Source: the human T2T-CHM13v2.0 reference genome, Homo sapiens
Direction: 5' to 3' (one strand)
Length of the DNA stretch: 64,000 nucleotides
Assembly: GCF_009914755.1 (NCBI RefSeq)
Contig: NC_060928.1
The position numbers and the translations under genes were made by a program. Below are positions 1 through 14,008 of this stretch, one piece after another; positions within the stretch are counted from its first letter, which is position 1, and each line of letters opens with the position of its first letter. A model generated the notes under the pieces. It worked only from the letters and a program-made list of their open reading frames with translations. It did no database searches and had not been told where the DNA came from.

Positions 1-264
1 CACCCAAAATATGATATTCCAAATAGCATAATGCATATAAGCCTGTCCTTATCTTCCCCTTAAATAATTCAACTAAAATAAAGAAACAGAAGCATAAGCT
101 GGCAATGGTGACAGAATGTTCACACTTTCTCAGCCAATAACATGCAGTTAGAACAGAAAAAGTACAGGAAAAGCATACTACCACTTTGACTAATGAAACC
201 AGTATCACTTCTGAAGTGGCTTTGCTACACAAAATGGAAAAGTACTGTATAGTAAGTATCAGCC

Positions 265-622
265 TGCTATGGTCTGAATGTTCGTGAATCCCCAAAATTC
301 ATACGTTGAAACTGAAACCGCAATGGAATTGTATTAAGAGGTGGGCCCTTTAGGAGATGATTAGGTTATGAGCACTGTGTCCTCATGTATGGGCTTAATG
401 CCCTTGTAAAAGAAGCCCAAGAGAGCTTGCTTGTCCCTTCTGTCACATGAGGACACAGCTAGAAGGTGCTATCTAATTAGAAACGGGCCCTCACCAGACA
501 CCAAATCTGCTGGCACCTTGATAGACTTCCTAGGCTCCAGAAACGTAAGCAATAAATTTCTGCTGCTTACCAAGTATCTAGTCTAAAGTATTTTGTTATA
601 ACAGCCTGAAAGGATAAAGACG
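265..622 (+). mobile_element. MaLR solo LTR, MLT1A/MLT1A0-like
   Basis: tgctatggtctgaatg...aaaattcatacgttgaaa...ccctcaccagacaccaaatctgctggcaccttgat...aataaatttctg...aaagac. Confidence 0.85.
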
Positions 623-971
623 AGGCCTATTACAAAATGTGAATACCTATAGCATCATTCATATATCCCTTAAATTTCCCTTAGGAGTAAAACACAACAT
701 AATAGAAACAAGGCCAATAATAATTGATTATTCCCTGGCAGTTAACAAGCAAGTGGCTGCAGTATTGACTGAGGAAGGTCTGACCTACGGTCACTGAAAG
801 TTTTTGGTAACCACACTAGGGCAACCTAGCAATCCTCCAGGCTTCTGTGATCAGAACAGAAAGAGATGCCAAGAAGCTGCAGGTTCCCAAAAGATCCCAA
901 ACAAGAGGAATCAATCCCCTTCGGATCCAGCAGGCTCTCTTGTGTACCTCACCTCCACTCTCACCTTTTCC

Positions 972-1060
972 TATATGCAGATGAGAAAGTAAAGTCTCAG
1001 AAAGTCAGCAACTTGCCCAACGTTACAAGACTGATTAGTGGCAGAGCTATGGCAAGACTA
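972..1060 (-). mobile_element. MIR fragment
   Basis: cagatgagaaag...caacttgcccaacgttaca...agtggcagagct, the MIR core in reverse. Confidence 0.7.
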
Positions 1061-1329
1061 TAAAAATCCTCACTACTCATTACCCCAATGCGCCAGTGAG
1101 AGCAGTGAGAGCCGGGAGCTGCCCTAGCAATGCAGCCCTGCCTGCGGCCTAGGCAGTCCTATAGGGTACATCCATCACCCACTCCCAAAATACTTTTCCT
1201 GCTGTAACAAAGATGAGTCCACCACAGGATACCCTCGAGAATAATTTTGACAAAAACTAACTTTATTTGAGAATGCCATATTACAAGGCAACTATAATTC
1301 AACCACAGTTTAAACTACACTTTTTTCTA

Positions 1330-1560
<231 letters not shown>

Positions 1561-3974
1561 TTAAATGCTGAACCATTCATTTGTTTCTGATAGTAATTAA
1601 GAAATAATTTTAAGATACATTAATGGAGTACTATGTGTGCATGAAAAGTTATTACTTTTTTTTATTTCTAGTTGATCTGGGTGCTGAAAAAGGCAGGTGA
1701 CAATATTCAGTTACCTGGCAAATAAAATACAAATACATATGACAAAAAGTGACATTTACACATGTCAAATGAAATTATGTTCAATTTTTAAAGTGAATTT
1801 TGCATCACTAACTGGCCTTATGCAAGCAACACTTTGTGGTGGCCTATAAATGTAGTTGTCATGCAACAGTGTCATTCACACATGCAGACAGAGAGCAATG
1901 AGATATCAATGATTTCGTTATTATTAACACTAACACAAAACTTAAAAAAAAAAAAAGCCTTTCAAGTTCTAACACAAACCAGAGGAAGTGCAAATAAGTT
2001 CGTCCCCTGAAAGAATTTACTGAAACCTGGTCCCGAAATAGAAAAAATACTAGACATCTGGGAAGTTCAAGGTGTTGATGGAGCCATCATGTGTACCTCA
2101 CCTCTTTGGTCTCTAAATCCCACAGAAATGACAGACACGAGAAAAAGAAAAAAAAAAAAAACAAGGTCCACCATCAACATATCAAGATATTTTAGAAAGT
2201 CCTGGAAAACAGAAATCAGACATAGTCGAAATAATAGATAACTAATGCAGAGGAAACCTCGACCAATAACAGACACAGAAGAGGAATGCTACAAAGAACC
2301 TTCTTTCCAAGGAAACCCCAGAGAAACTTCACACTTGGAATCAACTGATACAAAAGCCATGCTGGGCCTTGGGCCAATCACCAGGGAAGCCAGAACTGAA
2401 GCTGTAAAGCGGGCTGTCCCCAGGAGAAAGCACCCAGAATTGCTCTCTTTTACATAGTTAAGGATTTGTTCTGGGAGGGTTCCTAGTGAGGCTGCTGAAT
2501 ATAAAGAAAAGCAAAACAGAGACTGAATTTATTGAACCTTCATAGTGGCAAAGGCAGGAAAGGACAAAGAAAGTAAGGTCCACCAATGAATGAAATTCAA
2601 TAAAGCACAGAGCACAGAACAAAGCCTTCTCTTCTTTGGCAATATCATAGCACTTATGTTTAAAAGGAGGAGGAGGAAGACAAAGGAGAAGATGTGAGAG
2701 GGGAAGGAATAGGAGAGAGGGGAGGAAGGAGAGTGTATGCATGCATAGATTTATGTATATATGTAAACACAATTAGAACCTTCATGAAAAATTGCAAAGA
2801 CATGCATCAAATTGTACATACAGTTATTTTGAGGATGGGAGAGGGGCTATATTCAACATTGTCTTAGTTTGGGAGGGCTTTTTTGAATAATAAGCATGAC
2901 TACTTTGTAATTTTAAAACAATATATATTAGAAAATTTCATGGAAGAGACAGAAATTATGATCATATGCATCCAATCCTATGGAAGGAAGGCTTGATTCA
3001 AAAGTTCAAAGCACTGAAGCAAATCTAATCATGTGCTACACTTAATGTATAGACATTCCTATAACATTTTGAACACTCTTGGAAGTTTTTAAATTTTATA
3101 TATCCAAAAACATTAAAAAGGTTATTTCTAATTAAGATCACTGAATTAACTTATATACTATTGGTATTCTTAGTGCAACAAAAGCAAACAAGCAAAAAAT
3201 ATATAGACACTAAGCAAGAGGTCTCTTTAACTCAAAAGCAGCATTTTCCAGGTCTTTATTAGATGAGTTTTTAACTGTTTGGGTAACCCACTAACCTAAT
3301 AAAGACTTCAGAATGCAATAATAAATATTAGTGTTTATCTGATCAATATCCATGAAAGTTAATTGAACCGTCATCCTAGTATATTAGTGATTAATTTTGT
3401 GATGGTTTTGATAGCACCAAGGAAAGATAATAATTTTTAATTTTAAAACATGATACCATTAACTTAAACTGTAATCACAGGATATGGCATGTCTGTTTAG
3501 AGGCTCTGTAATAAAAGAAAATTTTCATATACCAGCTAAAACTTTAATTTAATGAAAGTAATGGCAGCATTCCAGGCTCCACAGGACCAGCTGCATGGTT
3601 TTTCTCTGTTTGCCAAAAAATGTGATATAAAGAGGAATATAGTTACAGGTATTACTTCAATCTATTTATTTAATGGGAATGTCTGGATATCTCTGTACAT
3701 ATAATTCCAACCACTGTGCAGACCAACAGTCTCTTTCCTTTCATTTGCTACCCCAATACTATTAAGAAGTATCCTCTTAAGTCACTTCCTTGCATACACT
3801 GCACTAATTTTTGATCATCCTACAAATCCTGCAACTCTTCATGGTGTTGTTCTCCTCCCTACAAACCTCAGATTGACAAGGCCTGCCAGATCCCTAATTT
3901 CTGGAGCCATTTTGTCCACCTGGAGGCTCATCCCAGGCCTAATCTCATGCCCTTTGGCAGGAAGGATTTACAGT

Positions 3975-4378
3975 TGCTATAGTTTGGGTGTTTGTGCCCA
4001 CAAACCTCATGTTGAAATGTGATCCCCAATGTTAGAGGTGGGGCCTGATGGGAAGTGTTTGGGTCATGGGGACAGACCTCTCATACATGGCTTAGTGCCG
4101 TTCTCAGTATAATGAATGAGTTCTTCCTCTATTACTTCCCCAGAGAGCTGATTATTAGAAAGAGACTGGCACCCTCCTTATCCCCTCTTTGACCACTACA
4201 CATGTTTGTTTCACTTTACCTTCCACCATGAGTAGAAGGAGCCTGAAGCCATCACCAGAAGCAGATGCTGGCACCACACTTCAGTACAAGCCTACAAAAC
4301 TGTGAGCCAAATACACATTTTTTAATACATTACCCAGTGTCAGGTATTCCTTTATAGCAACACAAATGGACTAAGACA
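3975..4378 (+). mobile_element. MaLR solo LTR, MST family (MSTB/MSTD-like)
   Basis: tgctatagtttgg...ctcatgttgaaatgtgatccccaatgttagaggtggggcctgatggga...caggtattcctttatagcaacacaaatggactaagaca. Confidence 0.88.
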
Positions 4379-5244
4379 AGGGTGTTGCCCCAATGCTCTG
4401 GGACTCAGTATCAGCTTCCTGTCGTCATGTTACTGTTAGCCTAGCAATAACCTTGTGGTTCAGATTTGATCACTGGTTTAATATTCTCATACTGAGATTA
4501 ATTCTCCTTACTATATCTATCATTTCTGGTCTTAGGTTATTCCCTTGAGCACAGTCCCTCCTGGACGCCTTGTATATACACTTAAGATGAGCCACATTCC
4601 TGTGACTCTGCCTAAGGGCTGAGATCCTGCTTGTGATTCAAGTCACTGGCTCCAGGTGATTTTATTAAAAACACTTAGAAACTTGTTCAACATCAAGGCC
4701 TGCTCAAAAGCAAATATTCCCCAGCCATCAGTTTTCAAAGCATTATAATTTGAATACAACATATTTATAGAATGAATGGTTTTACAATTGTTATTCATCT
4801 CTTGCCTATTGTTTTGAATTTTTTGTCTTTTTTTAGTCTCATTTCATTTTGCTTTATTTTATTTGCATGTTGTTTTTTGGCTCATTACTTCTACTGCACA
4901 GTGTTTGTAATATCAAAAAGTCACCATAGCCTACTGGCCCAACAATATAAGTTGAAAAAAAGTCAAATCTCTAACAATTGGTTTTAAAACATTTATCAAA
5001 TATCATTTTAATTTTTAAAAATGTATGTAAATCAATATGCCCAAAAAAGAAAATAATATGTAAACAATGGTGTTAATAGGGCTGTTTCTAATGGAGGAAA
5101 TCGTGAGTACTTTGTATAGTCATCTTCTGCTCCTCTACATTTTATAATTTTCCTAGAATTAATTAATTTATTTTATTTATTACTTTTGTAGTAAAAGATA
5201 ACAATGGATAATTAATGAACCCTGTTCCTTGATACCAGGAAGCA

Positions 5245-5500
5245 GTACTATATGGCAACCAAAGAGAGCAGGACTTTGGGATGCTCAGGGTTCAAAGTCT
5301 CACTCTAGATTGACTAGCTATGTGACTGAGCAAACAGCCTAATCTCCCAAACCACCAATTTCCTCATCTGTAAAATGGAGAAAATAGTAGTGCCTATCTC
5401 ATAGGATGGCTGTGAAGATTAAAGATGGTAATATTTGCAAAGTCTAGCCAGATGCCCTACATGTGGAAAGCATTCATGAGTGGTAGTTACTATCATTACT
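5245..5500 (+). mobile_element. MIR
   Basis: tagctatgtgactgagcaa...tttcctcatctgtaaaatggag...cctatctcataggatggctgtgaagattaaa. Confidence 0.85.
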
Positions 5501-5655
5501 ATTTAACAAAAACTTGAATGCCAGTGGTTAACATATTCATTTTGTGTCCAAAGTCTGTTTCAACCAAACTATCACACAAAGTTGCTTTTACCGTGCTGCT
5601 TTGATTACAATTCGTTTGGTCAAAATGCTCTCAGCCAAAATATAAGACATCCAGC

Positions 5656-5902
5656 TCATTACCTTGGACTCATCCTTGACCCTTCCTCTCTCACACTCCA
5701 TATACAATCTATCAGGAAATGGCATCTGCTTTCCCTTCAAAGCATGCTCAGAATGATTACTTCCCACTGCCTCCACTACTCACTGCTACAGTCCTCATCG
5801 AGTCACCACTATCTATGACCTGGATTAGTTTAATAGCCTCCCAGCTGTAAATAAATACAGGAAAAGTTGAGTAAGCTTTTAATAATATGTGTTGTTTTTC
5901 TT
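5656..5902 (+). repeat. Left arm of a 247-bp inverted duplication (contains an L2-like fragment)
   Basis: Reverse complement of 6819-7066 with about 9 differences by manual alignment. Confidence 0.95.
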
Positions 5903-6066
5903 ACTTATTGTTATTTATTACTTTTGAAATAAATCTGCCTGCCTAGTAGAGCTCTTAAATGCTCTGCCCTGGATCTCCTGTTGTCATGCTCTCTTCCACT
6001 GTTAACATGTTAAAGTGTTGCTCTGGTTTGGACCTCAGATACCAATCAATTGTCTGAACCATACCC

Positions 6067-6177
6067 AAGGTGTCCAACCATGAAGTCTGCCTGCAATTGA
6101 GGGGTTTCCAAGGATAGGGATTACTCAGTGCTAAAACTGAGAGAGTCCTGGGCAAACTAGGATAGTTGGATACCTAA
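6067..6177 (+). mobile_element. MER81-like hAT-Blackjack MITE
   Basis: aaggtgtccaacca...gaggggtttcc...cagtgctaaaactgagagagtcctgggcaaactaggatagttggatacct. Confidence 0.7.
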
Positions 6178-6818
6178 CTACACCCATCATGCTCTCCAAA
6201 ATCACATTCTTAACTCCACTTAAGATTTCCTAACAACAATATTGACTGGGTCTACCTCCTTCACCATCTCCAGGTCCACATCAGGATTCTCAACATTTAG
6301 GACCAGTCATATTCCCAGAGACGACTCCAACAGCTTACCAAGTGAACTCCCATCATCTGAATTTTCATGTCATTCTCTTGTCCCCAAATCTCCTTCAAAT
6401 GTACCTGCTCCTCTTCTTCCATCAAACTAGTACACTTCTCAGAAAACACAGAGCTAATTCCCACCTTAGTACAACTGCAAAGATGCCACTTGGCCCCTTG
6501 CTATAACTCCTCCATGTGCTCTGAGGCGCAGCTCACTTTCATCCTCCTTCAAGAAACTTTCTCTAATCTACTAAATTCATGTAGGAACTTTTAATTAGGA
6601 GTTCTCTATATCAACTGTCTTAACTTCAATTGGGCACATCATTTACTTCTGTGGTTTTTGTCACTTAATTCATGTGATCAATGAATTTCTAATATGTGTT
6701 GCTTTTACCTCCCCAAAAGATGATTTTCTCAAGTGGAAAAGAATTATCAAGTGCAAGCTAATCTCATAATACTTGCTCAATATTTTTAAAATAATAGGTA
6801 GTAAAATACTTGTGCCAG

Positions 6819-7066
6819 AAGAAAAACAACACATATTAATAAAAAGCTTACTCAGCTTTTCCTTTATTTATTTACAGCTGGGAGGCTATTAAACTAAGCC
6901 AGGTCACAGATAGTGGTGACTCGATGAGGACTGTAGCAGTGAGTAGTGGAGGCAGTGGAAAGTAATCATTCTGAGCATGCTTTGAAGGGAAAGCAGATGC
7001 CATTTCCTGACAGACTGTATATGGAGTGTGAGAGAGGAAGGGTCAAGGATGAGTCCAAGGTAATGA
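6819..7066 (-). repeat. Right arm of the inverted duplication
   Basis: Also visible as near-identical peptides in ORFs 5588..5776(-) and 6946..7161(+). Confidence 0.95.
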
Positions 7067-8286
7067 AGTTTTCCCTGAAGCATTCAAAGATGCTGCTGTA
7101 TTTAATAATGATTCTTCTTACAGATTCGAAACAAAACACTAACTGTGAATTTTTGCTTTAAATCTATCTCTTCTCTGTACACATAAATATAATTTCATGT
7201 GGACCTTCACTAAGGTACCGTAGAATATTAGTCAATTCAGTCAACAAATCTACAAAGTGAGTCATTCATAATCCCCAACCAAAAAAATTATTTTAGATGA
7301 CAAATCGACTCGCAAAGCCCTTCCTTCGGACAACGAATGCATTCTGATAAGAAAAGAAGAGAGTAGAATTTTGCTTCTTTGAACAAAGCTGAAAAACAAT
7401 AGCAGTGGCTTAGATTGTATCAGACTGGTCATTTTGGTAACATCATATAATATGGAATTCAGATTTGCTGGCAAACACACACACAAAAGCTTCTCCAAAT
7501 ATGATGGTTGTCATGGTTTTCAAAAAAACTTTTGTAATAAAGATAAACAAATCCAGAAAAAAAGCAATAACCTGGCTAGGTTGCTTCAGCAGAAAAGTCA
7601 GAGGTAGTGCCATGTGGTGTGGCCATTACAGAGCATTCTCTAGAGGCAGGGGCACCAACAAACTTCTTATGCATCAAATTAATCATTGCTAAATTCAGAA
7701 AGTTTAGAAGAGTAGTCATATAAATACAGTGATATTCAAATAACATTTGGACTTTCACAAATTTTGAATGGTTAACTTTATGTAAATGGTCTTAACACTA
7801 TAAGAAAAAACTACTATCATCAGTATCTCACCTCACACTAGTAACCTAATTCTTAGATTCCCAAGGTATCTCAGCACACTGGGTGGGAAGTTCCATCACA
7901 GAAAATCAATCCGTGGGTAACAGAATCCCAGCTCCTATGCCAAGGGCTAATATCAAGGCCTGAGGCAAAGTACTGTAGAAGCCAGCCAGATGGTAGGCTT
8001 TGGAACCCGATTAGGAAGTGCTCTGTCACTTCATGGCTATGTGGGCATCTTTCTTATCCCTATGGGCCTCAATGTCCTCATTGTAAAATAGAAAATACAA
8101 TGCCCCTAGACTTATTAATGCTTTGGACTGGACTCTACTGCTAATTTCTGCTAATTACGTAGCCAAGAACACTTAGAAGAAATAACAGTATCCCTCTTTT
8201 ATATAGCACTTTGCAGTTTCTAGTTTTTCATGTACTTTGTCTCATCTTACCTTCATGGAACCCTTGGAGATAGGAATGGAAATGTC

Positions 8287-8505
8287 CAGTACACTGGATA
8301 GATACTGGCTTGGGAGTCAGATAGACTTGAATTTGTATCCTAGTATATAACTTATTAGTTACAGATCTTAAGCAAGGTTATCTTAACTTGTCTTAGTCTA
8401 GCTTTCCTCATCTATAAAGTGGGTTCAATAGTATCTACTTCAAAGAATTGTTTTGAGGATTAAATAATATAGAATATGTAAAGTATATCTGGCAGACAGG
8501 AAATG
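8287..8505 (+). mobile_element. MIR, within a cluster of MIR fragments at ~7960-9165
   Basis: ggcttgggagtcagatagacttgaatttg...tttcctcatctataaagtggg...tctacttcaaagaattgttttgaggattaaat. Confidence 0.8.
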
Positions 8506-10350
8506 ATTAGCATCAAGGTCTGTCTCCAATAGGAACTTCTCCAAAGGAGCCCCTCCAACACACCTGCATTTTACATATGGGAAAACTGAGGCTCAGAGAT
8601 GAAAAATAAAATGTAAAGATCCCACAAATAGTAAATTCTAGAGCCAATCTAGAACCTGAGGCTAGGACTAGCATCATGAGAACTAGAATAATCAGGTCAG
8701 GAATGAAGTAGAATTAGTTATCAAATTATGCAACTATAATTTTAACTTCACTAGATAAAATATTTTCCAAATGAGCCTAAAATAATCCAATGCATTTATG
8801 GGCTGAAGGGAATTTGGCCCCATATAATTTTTTATTCTTTCTCTTTACTTCAGTGACTTACAAAATTATTCTTTTTTGGTCAAGCACTGGGCTCAAAACA
8901 TACAGTTAACTTTGTGGCCTCAGTCTCAGGCACAGGAGAAGCTTACATTCCATTACCTAGCTACATCTGATATTAATATATTCTTAGAGTAGTTCCTTAT
9001 ATGTGGTATATGACAGGAAGAACACTTTATCAAGACTATCTTCTGGCTTTGGCTTGGCCGCTCTGAGGCTCTGTCACCTTGGGGAAGCCTCTTATCATCA
9101 GTACTCTTATTTTATCTGTAAAATGATAGAGTTGGACTTTATAATCTCATCCCTTCTAGAGCTAGACTCAATCACAAGTGAAATAAACTCATCTTTAGGG
9201 GAGTCTAGTTAATGAATTTAAAAGGAAAAGTACATATAGAGGCTGATCTGATTACTGCTTTCCCTCTCAGACCTCACCCTACTAAAGCAAAGCATGGTAT
9301 GGAATTAAGAGAAATACTTAACTAGGATTCCTATGAAAAGCTGGAATATACAACCTTGTAAGGTTGAGAGGCCCATTCTCCAAAATTACATAGCGTAACA
9401 TAAGCCATGCTTTGATAAGATTTTATCAATGTGACTACTTCTGTACTGTGGTAATGGTTAGGACCAAATGAACTCAAGATGCCTTCCAGTCTAATTATTT
9501 CTGCTTCTATCACTACACAGAAACATTTACTCCTAGATATCTAGGCAATAAATCTAATTTTCAAATTCTCTATGACCCTTCCACATCTGGCATTATGTGT
9601 ACACCTCAACTTTCTCTGATAATTTGCTCTTTGTCTCTTCTCAAGTGCCATGCCTCACTAGGATAAATCTATCCTAATGAACTCATGCATCTGAGGTTCA
9701 GTTCTGCTATTTCAAAACAGTAAAAGTCTCTTGTTTCACAAGGAAATACTAGTCCCCACTGTGTGCAAATAAATATAACTCCAGGAGAGGCCACGGGTAA
9801 TTTGGTATTTCAGCTGTATCTGTATGTCGCTTAACTCAGTTTTTGTTTACTTGTTGGCAGGCTGCTATCCACATGTGGACACTGTAAGAAAAACCATGAT
9901 TGTGAAATTGGCAAAGGTACAATTCATTATATTGAAAAGGTAGTAAATTGTGAAAATCCACACTATCCAGCTAACATGACTAATGGGTAATCCATGGAAA
10001 AGGGAATTATCTTCAAAACAATGCAAGGGCTTATAAATGAACAACTTATACCAGTGTAGAGGAAAAAAAAAGTCTCTGGACTGCTATCCAATAATCAATA
10101 GAAATAAAAGACAAGCGATGAAGGTGCAAAAAAGAAAACAGAATGAAACAGTAAAGATTTCATATTTAATATCCTCTCATATAAAGCTTCTTTACTAAAC
10201 TCCTGAATCAGTCTTAACCTGTGTATCGATATGTCTATAGCACTCAACATACAAAGCTGACAAACATCAAGAAAAAAATCATTTCCACATTAAAATTCAC
10301 AAAATGTATCTATAATCCAACAATAAAACCAAAAGTCTTTAAGACATAAC

Positions 10351-10762
10351 TGTAATAGACAGGATTCCTGTTTATTCACTCTCTTCCCAGTAAGAGGACT
10401 TTCCCAACTTGCTATGTGACTCAGAAAGTTACCTTTGGGGAGTGGGTATACCTTATGAGTTTGGCCGGGTGACTTGCACTAACCGATGAAATGTGAACAG
10501 AAGCAAAGTGAACCACGTCCAAGTGAAAGCTTTAAAAATCATCACATTTTGGCCGCCGCTCTCTTTCCCCTCTGCCAGGAAAACACATGTCCCTGATAAG
10601 GGTTGTATCTTCAGATGCCATGTGAAGCCAAGCTGTGGACAGAGTCATAGCCTCTGGCAGCCTATACTTTGTCAGCAAGAAATAAACCTCTGTTGCTATA
10701 AACCACTAAGAGTTTAGGGTTGTTCGTTGGAGCGGTCTTCTGAGCAAAAATTGACTGAAGCA
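10351..10762 (+). mobile_element. MaLR solo LTR, old MLT1 (MLT1I/J-like)
   Basis: gtgacttgcactaaccgatgaaatgtgaacagaag...agcaagaaataaacctctgttgctataaaccactaagagtttagggttgtt...tgactgaagca. Confidence 0.75.
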
Positions 10763-11429
10763 GAATAATATTCTTAAAAATTATTTTATTTGAAAATAAG
10801 AAGCAAGTGACTTGAAATCAAGGAAAATAATGTGAGGCAGAAAATGACAGATGTATTCAAAACAAAGAACAGGGCAGGATACACTGATTCATGTTCAGAG
10901 TGCATTAATCAGGTCATATAAGAAAAATGAAGTTTCAAACAACTGCAAATAAAATCTGGTTTGCTAGTCATAGCTTATAATCAGCCATACAGGGAGGAAA
11001 CAGTTTAGTATGATTCCTAAAAACAGAATACTATATTAAACAAAAAAATCAAGTCTATAAGCAAAGAATATCAATCACAAATTACTAACATATATGTGTA
11101 TGTATACACATATCTTTCTCTGAGGGGCTCAAGCAGAGCTAGTAATGTTTGAACCATCTCATGACACAAATCTGATATTGTGGAGAAAAGAATCAACAAA
11201 AAAGAACATAAACAGAAAAAGTTGCTACTTTTTCTTGTGATGTGAGCTTGGGAAGCAGTGGCTTTTGAAAAAAAATATATATACTTCACTTTTTTATTTA
11301 AAAATAAGTTATCAATATTGACAAACCATGAAAGTGTTGAATCAGATAGTGCTGTGGAGGAGAGGGCAGCCGTTTTATAAACAAGTGATTAGAGGGCGGA
11401 CATGTTCTTATTGCAAATTTGCTTTATTT

Positions 11430-12120
11430 ACATCAGAAGCTCTTTTAACTGACCTCCCCTTAATTAGGTCCTAAACTTAACTGACACTCTGCATACCACA
11501 AAATCTACTGAATGATGCCCCACCTGAAGTCTTCTCAATTAGGAAGCTGCTGTCTTCTTGTTTGCCCACACATTCTGTTCCTACCACCTAACTGTCAGGC
11601 ATGCTTCCCACAGTCCCACGCATTCATTCCTACACCTGTTTAAAACACTGGGGACAAGTTACTTTAATCATATAATTGAACTACATTTCAAATAAAATAA
11701 AGACAGCTGAGTAAGAAAAATTCAATTGTTTCTAAGAAAATCAATTGAATGTTTTGAAAAGTCTCAACGATAAGTCTATAAAAGAAATAGCCAAATTATA
11801 TGAGGCAAAACAATTATAAAAGGGGAAAATCACAACTCTAGAAGGACTCTGAACTTAGGATGCTTTGCAAGAGTCTACTTATACTACTTATAAAGAGTAA
11901 AACTGGATATTGAGTGGTTATGAAAAAATATGACAGCAAATGCTAATGAGAGAACCTATACTTAGAACCAAGAAAGCTTTGGTCATAGATCAGTAAATTG
12001 GTAAATAAATATAGATTTATAAAACTTAAGGTAAAATAAAATGTTTGAAGTATCAAGTCTATGATCCCATACTGGGGCCAACTTTTATTAACTTAACATG
12101 AATTGGTCCACATCACATCA
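11430..12120. mobile_element. Old TcMar-Tigger-type DNA transposon remnant
   Basis: cttttaactgacctcc...cttaactgac terminus and degenerate A-rich CENPB-HTH-like coding remnant (ttgtttctaagaaaatcaattgaatgttttgaaaag). Confidence 0.45.
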
Positions 12121-12299
12121 AAAAAGAGAGTGTCAACTAAATTATTATATAAGCAAGTGTGAGGAACAGGCCCCCCATACATACTTCCTAACCATCTGTG
12201 CTGGTCCTATCAGAGTCTTTTCCATGTTCATCTGTATTTATTTAGCTGAATCCCCAACTGGGTTGGAAGCTCCGTGGGGAAGGGATCATACACCCAAAT

Positions 12300-12657
12300 T
12301 CTATTAGTCCATTCTCACGCTGCTATGAAGAAATACCTGAGACTAGGATATTTATAAAGGAAAGAGGTTTAATTAACTCACAGTTCTGCATGGCTGGGGA
12401 GGCCTCAGGAAACTTACAATCATGGCAGAAGGCATCTCTTCTGGGGGCAGGGGAGATAACTAGTGCCCAGCAAATGAGGAAGCCCCTTATAAAACCATCA
12501 AATCACGTGAGAACTAAATCACTGTCATGAGAACAGAGTAGGGGAAACTGTCCCCATGATTCAATTATCTCTACCTGATTCCTCCCACAGCACATGAGGA
12601 TTATGGGAACTACAATTCAAGATGAGAGTTGGGTGGGAACACAGCCAAACTATATCA
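12300..12657 (-). mobile_element. THE1C-like solo LTR with perfect 5-bp TSD (CAAAT)
   Basis: tattagtccattctcacgctgctatgaagaaatacctgagact...agccaaactatatca; CAAAT at 12295-12299 and 12658-12662. Confidence 0.93.
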
Positions 12658-12759
12658 CAAATTACATATAAATTATTCCCCAAATATTCATTTATGCTGT
12701 ATTGCATGAGAATTAGCTAAACACAAACCTCTCTTTTCCCTGGCCTCCTCACTTCCCCA

Positions 12760-12885
12760 TGAGCTTGTGAGCCCCCTGAGGGCAGGCACTATATCATATT
12801 CACCTTTGTGCAACCTCAGTACCTGATGTGACACTTTGCTCACTGAAGGCTATCAACAAAGTATCTGCTGAATTGAATCAAATAT
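12760..12885 (+). mobile_element. L2 3' end
   Basis: tgtgagccccctgagggcagg...ttcacctttgtg...caacaaagtatctgctgaattgaat. Confidence 0.7.
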
Positions 12886-13295
12886 GAGAAAAAAATTGTC
12901 ATTTCCTTTTGAATTAGTAAGACAGTAAAGGCAAGAATGTCATTCAGAAAGTAGAATGAGCTACAATGGGGTTGTAGAATAAATTTCCTATTCTCAACAA
13001 ATTCTTAAGAAGTCAAAAGTTGGTCAACAGTTGAGAGGGTGAGAGGGTTTCACTCAAATCTTTAAAAAAGATTAGACAAGTAACTGTGCTCCCTGGAAAG
13101 AGAACCAGCATTGTGCCAAGCATACACCCATTTGACATACCAGAAACATATTAGATAGCTGAAAGTTTATTCAATACATTTACTACAGTATATAATGTGC
13201 AGAGTATTGAATACCCACACACATAAGGCTGGTCCTTTCCCCCTGGACTTTATATGCTCTCAGGGGAAACAGAAAAAACAGGCTGAATAACAGTA

Positions 13296-14008
13296 CAGTA
13301 GCCCCCTTCTTATCTGCACTTTCGCTTTCTGCTGTTTCAGTTACACTTGGTCAACCCTGATCCAAAAATATTCAATGACAAATTCCAGAAATAAACGATT
13401 AATGAGTTTTAAATTGGATGCCATTCTGAGCAATGTGATGAAATCTAATGCTGCCCTGCTTCATCCCACCCGGGACAGGAGTCCTCCCTTTGTGCAATGT
13501 ATCCATTCTGTAGATGTTACCCATTCATTAGTCACTTGGTAGCCTTCTCGGTTATCAGACCAACTGCCACCTGTCACAGTGCTTGTGTTCATGTAACCCT
13601 TATTCTACTTAGTAATAGCCCCAGAGTAGTGGTGCTAACAACTCAGATATTCCCAAAAGAAGTTGTAAAATGCTTCCTTTAATTGAAAAGGTGAAAGTTC
13701 TTGACCTAATTAGGAAAGAAAAAAAAACATTAATATGCTGAGATTGATAACATCTATGCTAAAAATGAATCTTCTACCATAACATTTTGAGGAAGGAATC
13801 TATGCTAGTCTTGTTGTTGCACTTCAAACTGCAAAAATTATAGCCACGGTCCATGATAAGTGCTTAGTTAAGATGGAAAAGGCATTAAATTTGTGGATAG
13901 AAGACAGGAACAGAAATGTGTTTCCAGTAATTATAATCAGACTTGGTACTATCCAGTTTCAGGCATTCACGGGGGATCTTGGAACATATCCCCGAAGAGG
14001 GGACTATA
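13296..14008 (+). mobile_element. MER44 (Tigger7-derived) DNA transposon
   Basis: TA|cagtagccccc..ttatctgc...aaattccagaaataaac...gggggatcttggaacatatcccc...ggggacta. Confidence 0.88.

Noticed and set aside
2040-2940. Possible very old L1 fragments near exon 4
   Set aside because: Too degenerate to assign by eye.
5588-7161. Twin small ORFs (MEAV.SNHSEHALKGKQ...) as duplicated microproteins or a toxin/antitoxin-like pair
   Set aside because: By-product of the inverted duplication of L2-like sequence. The starts are GTG and the peptides diverge at the arm boundary.
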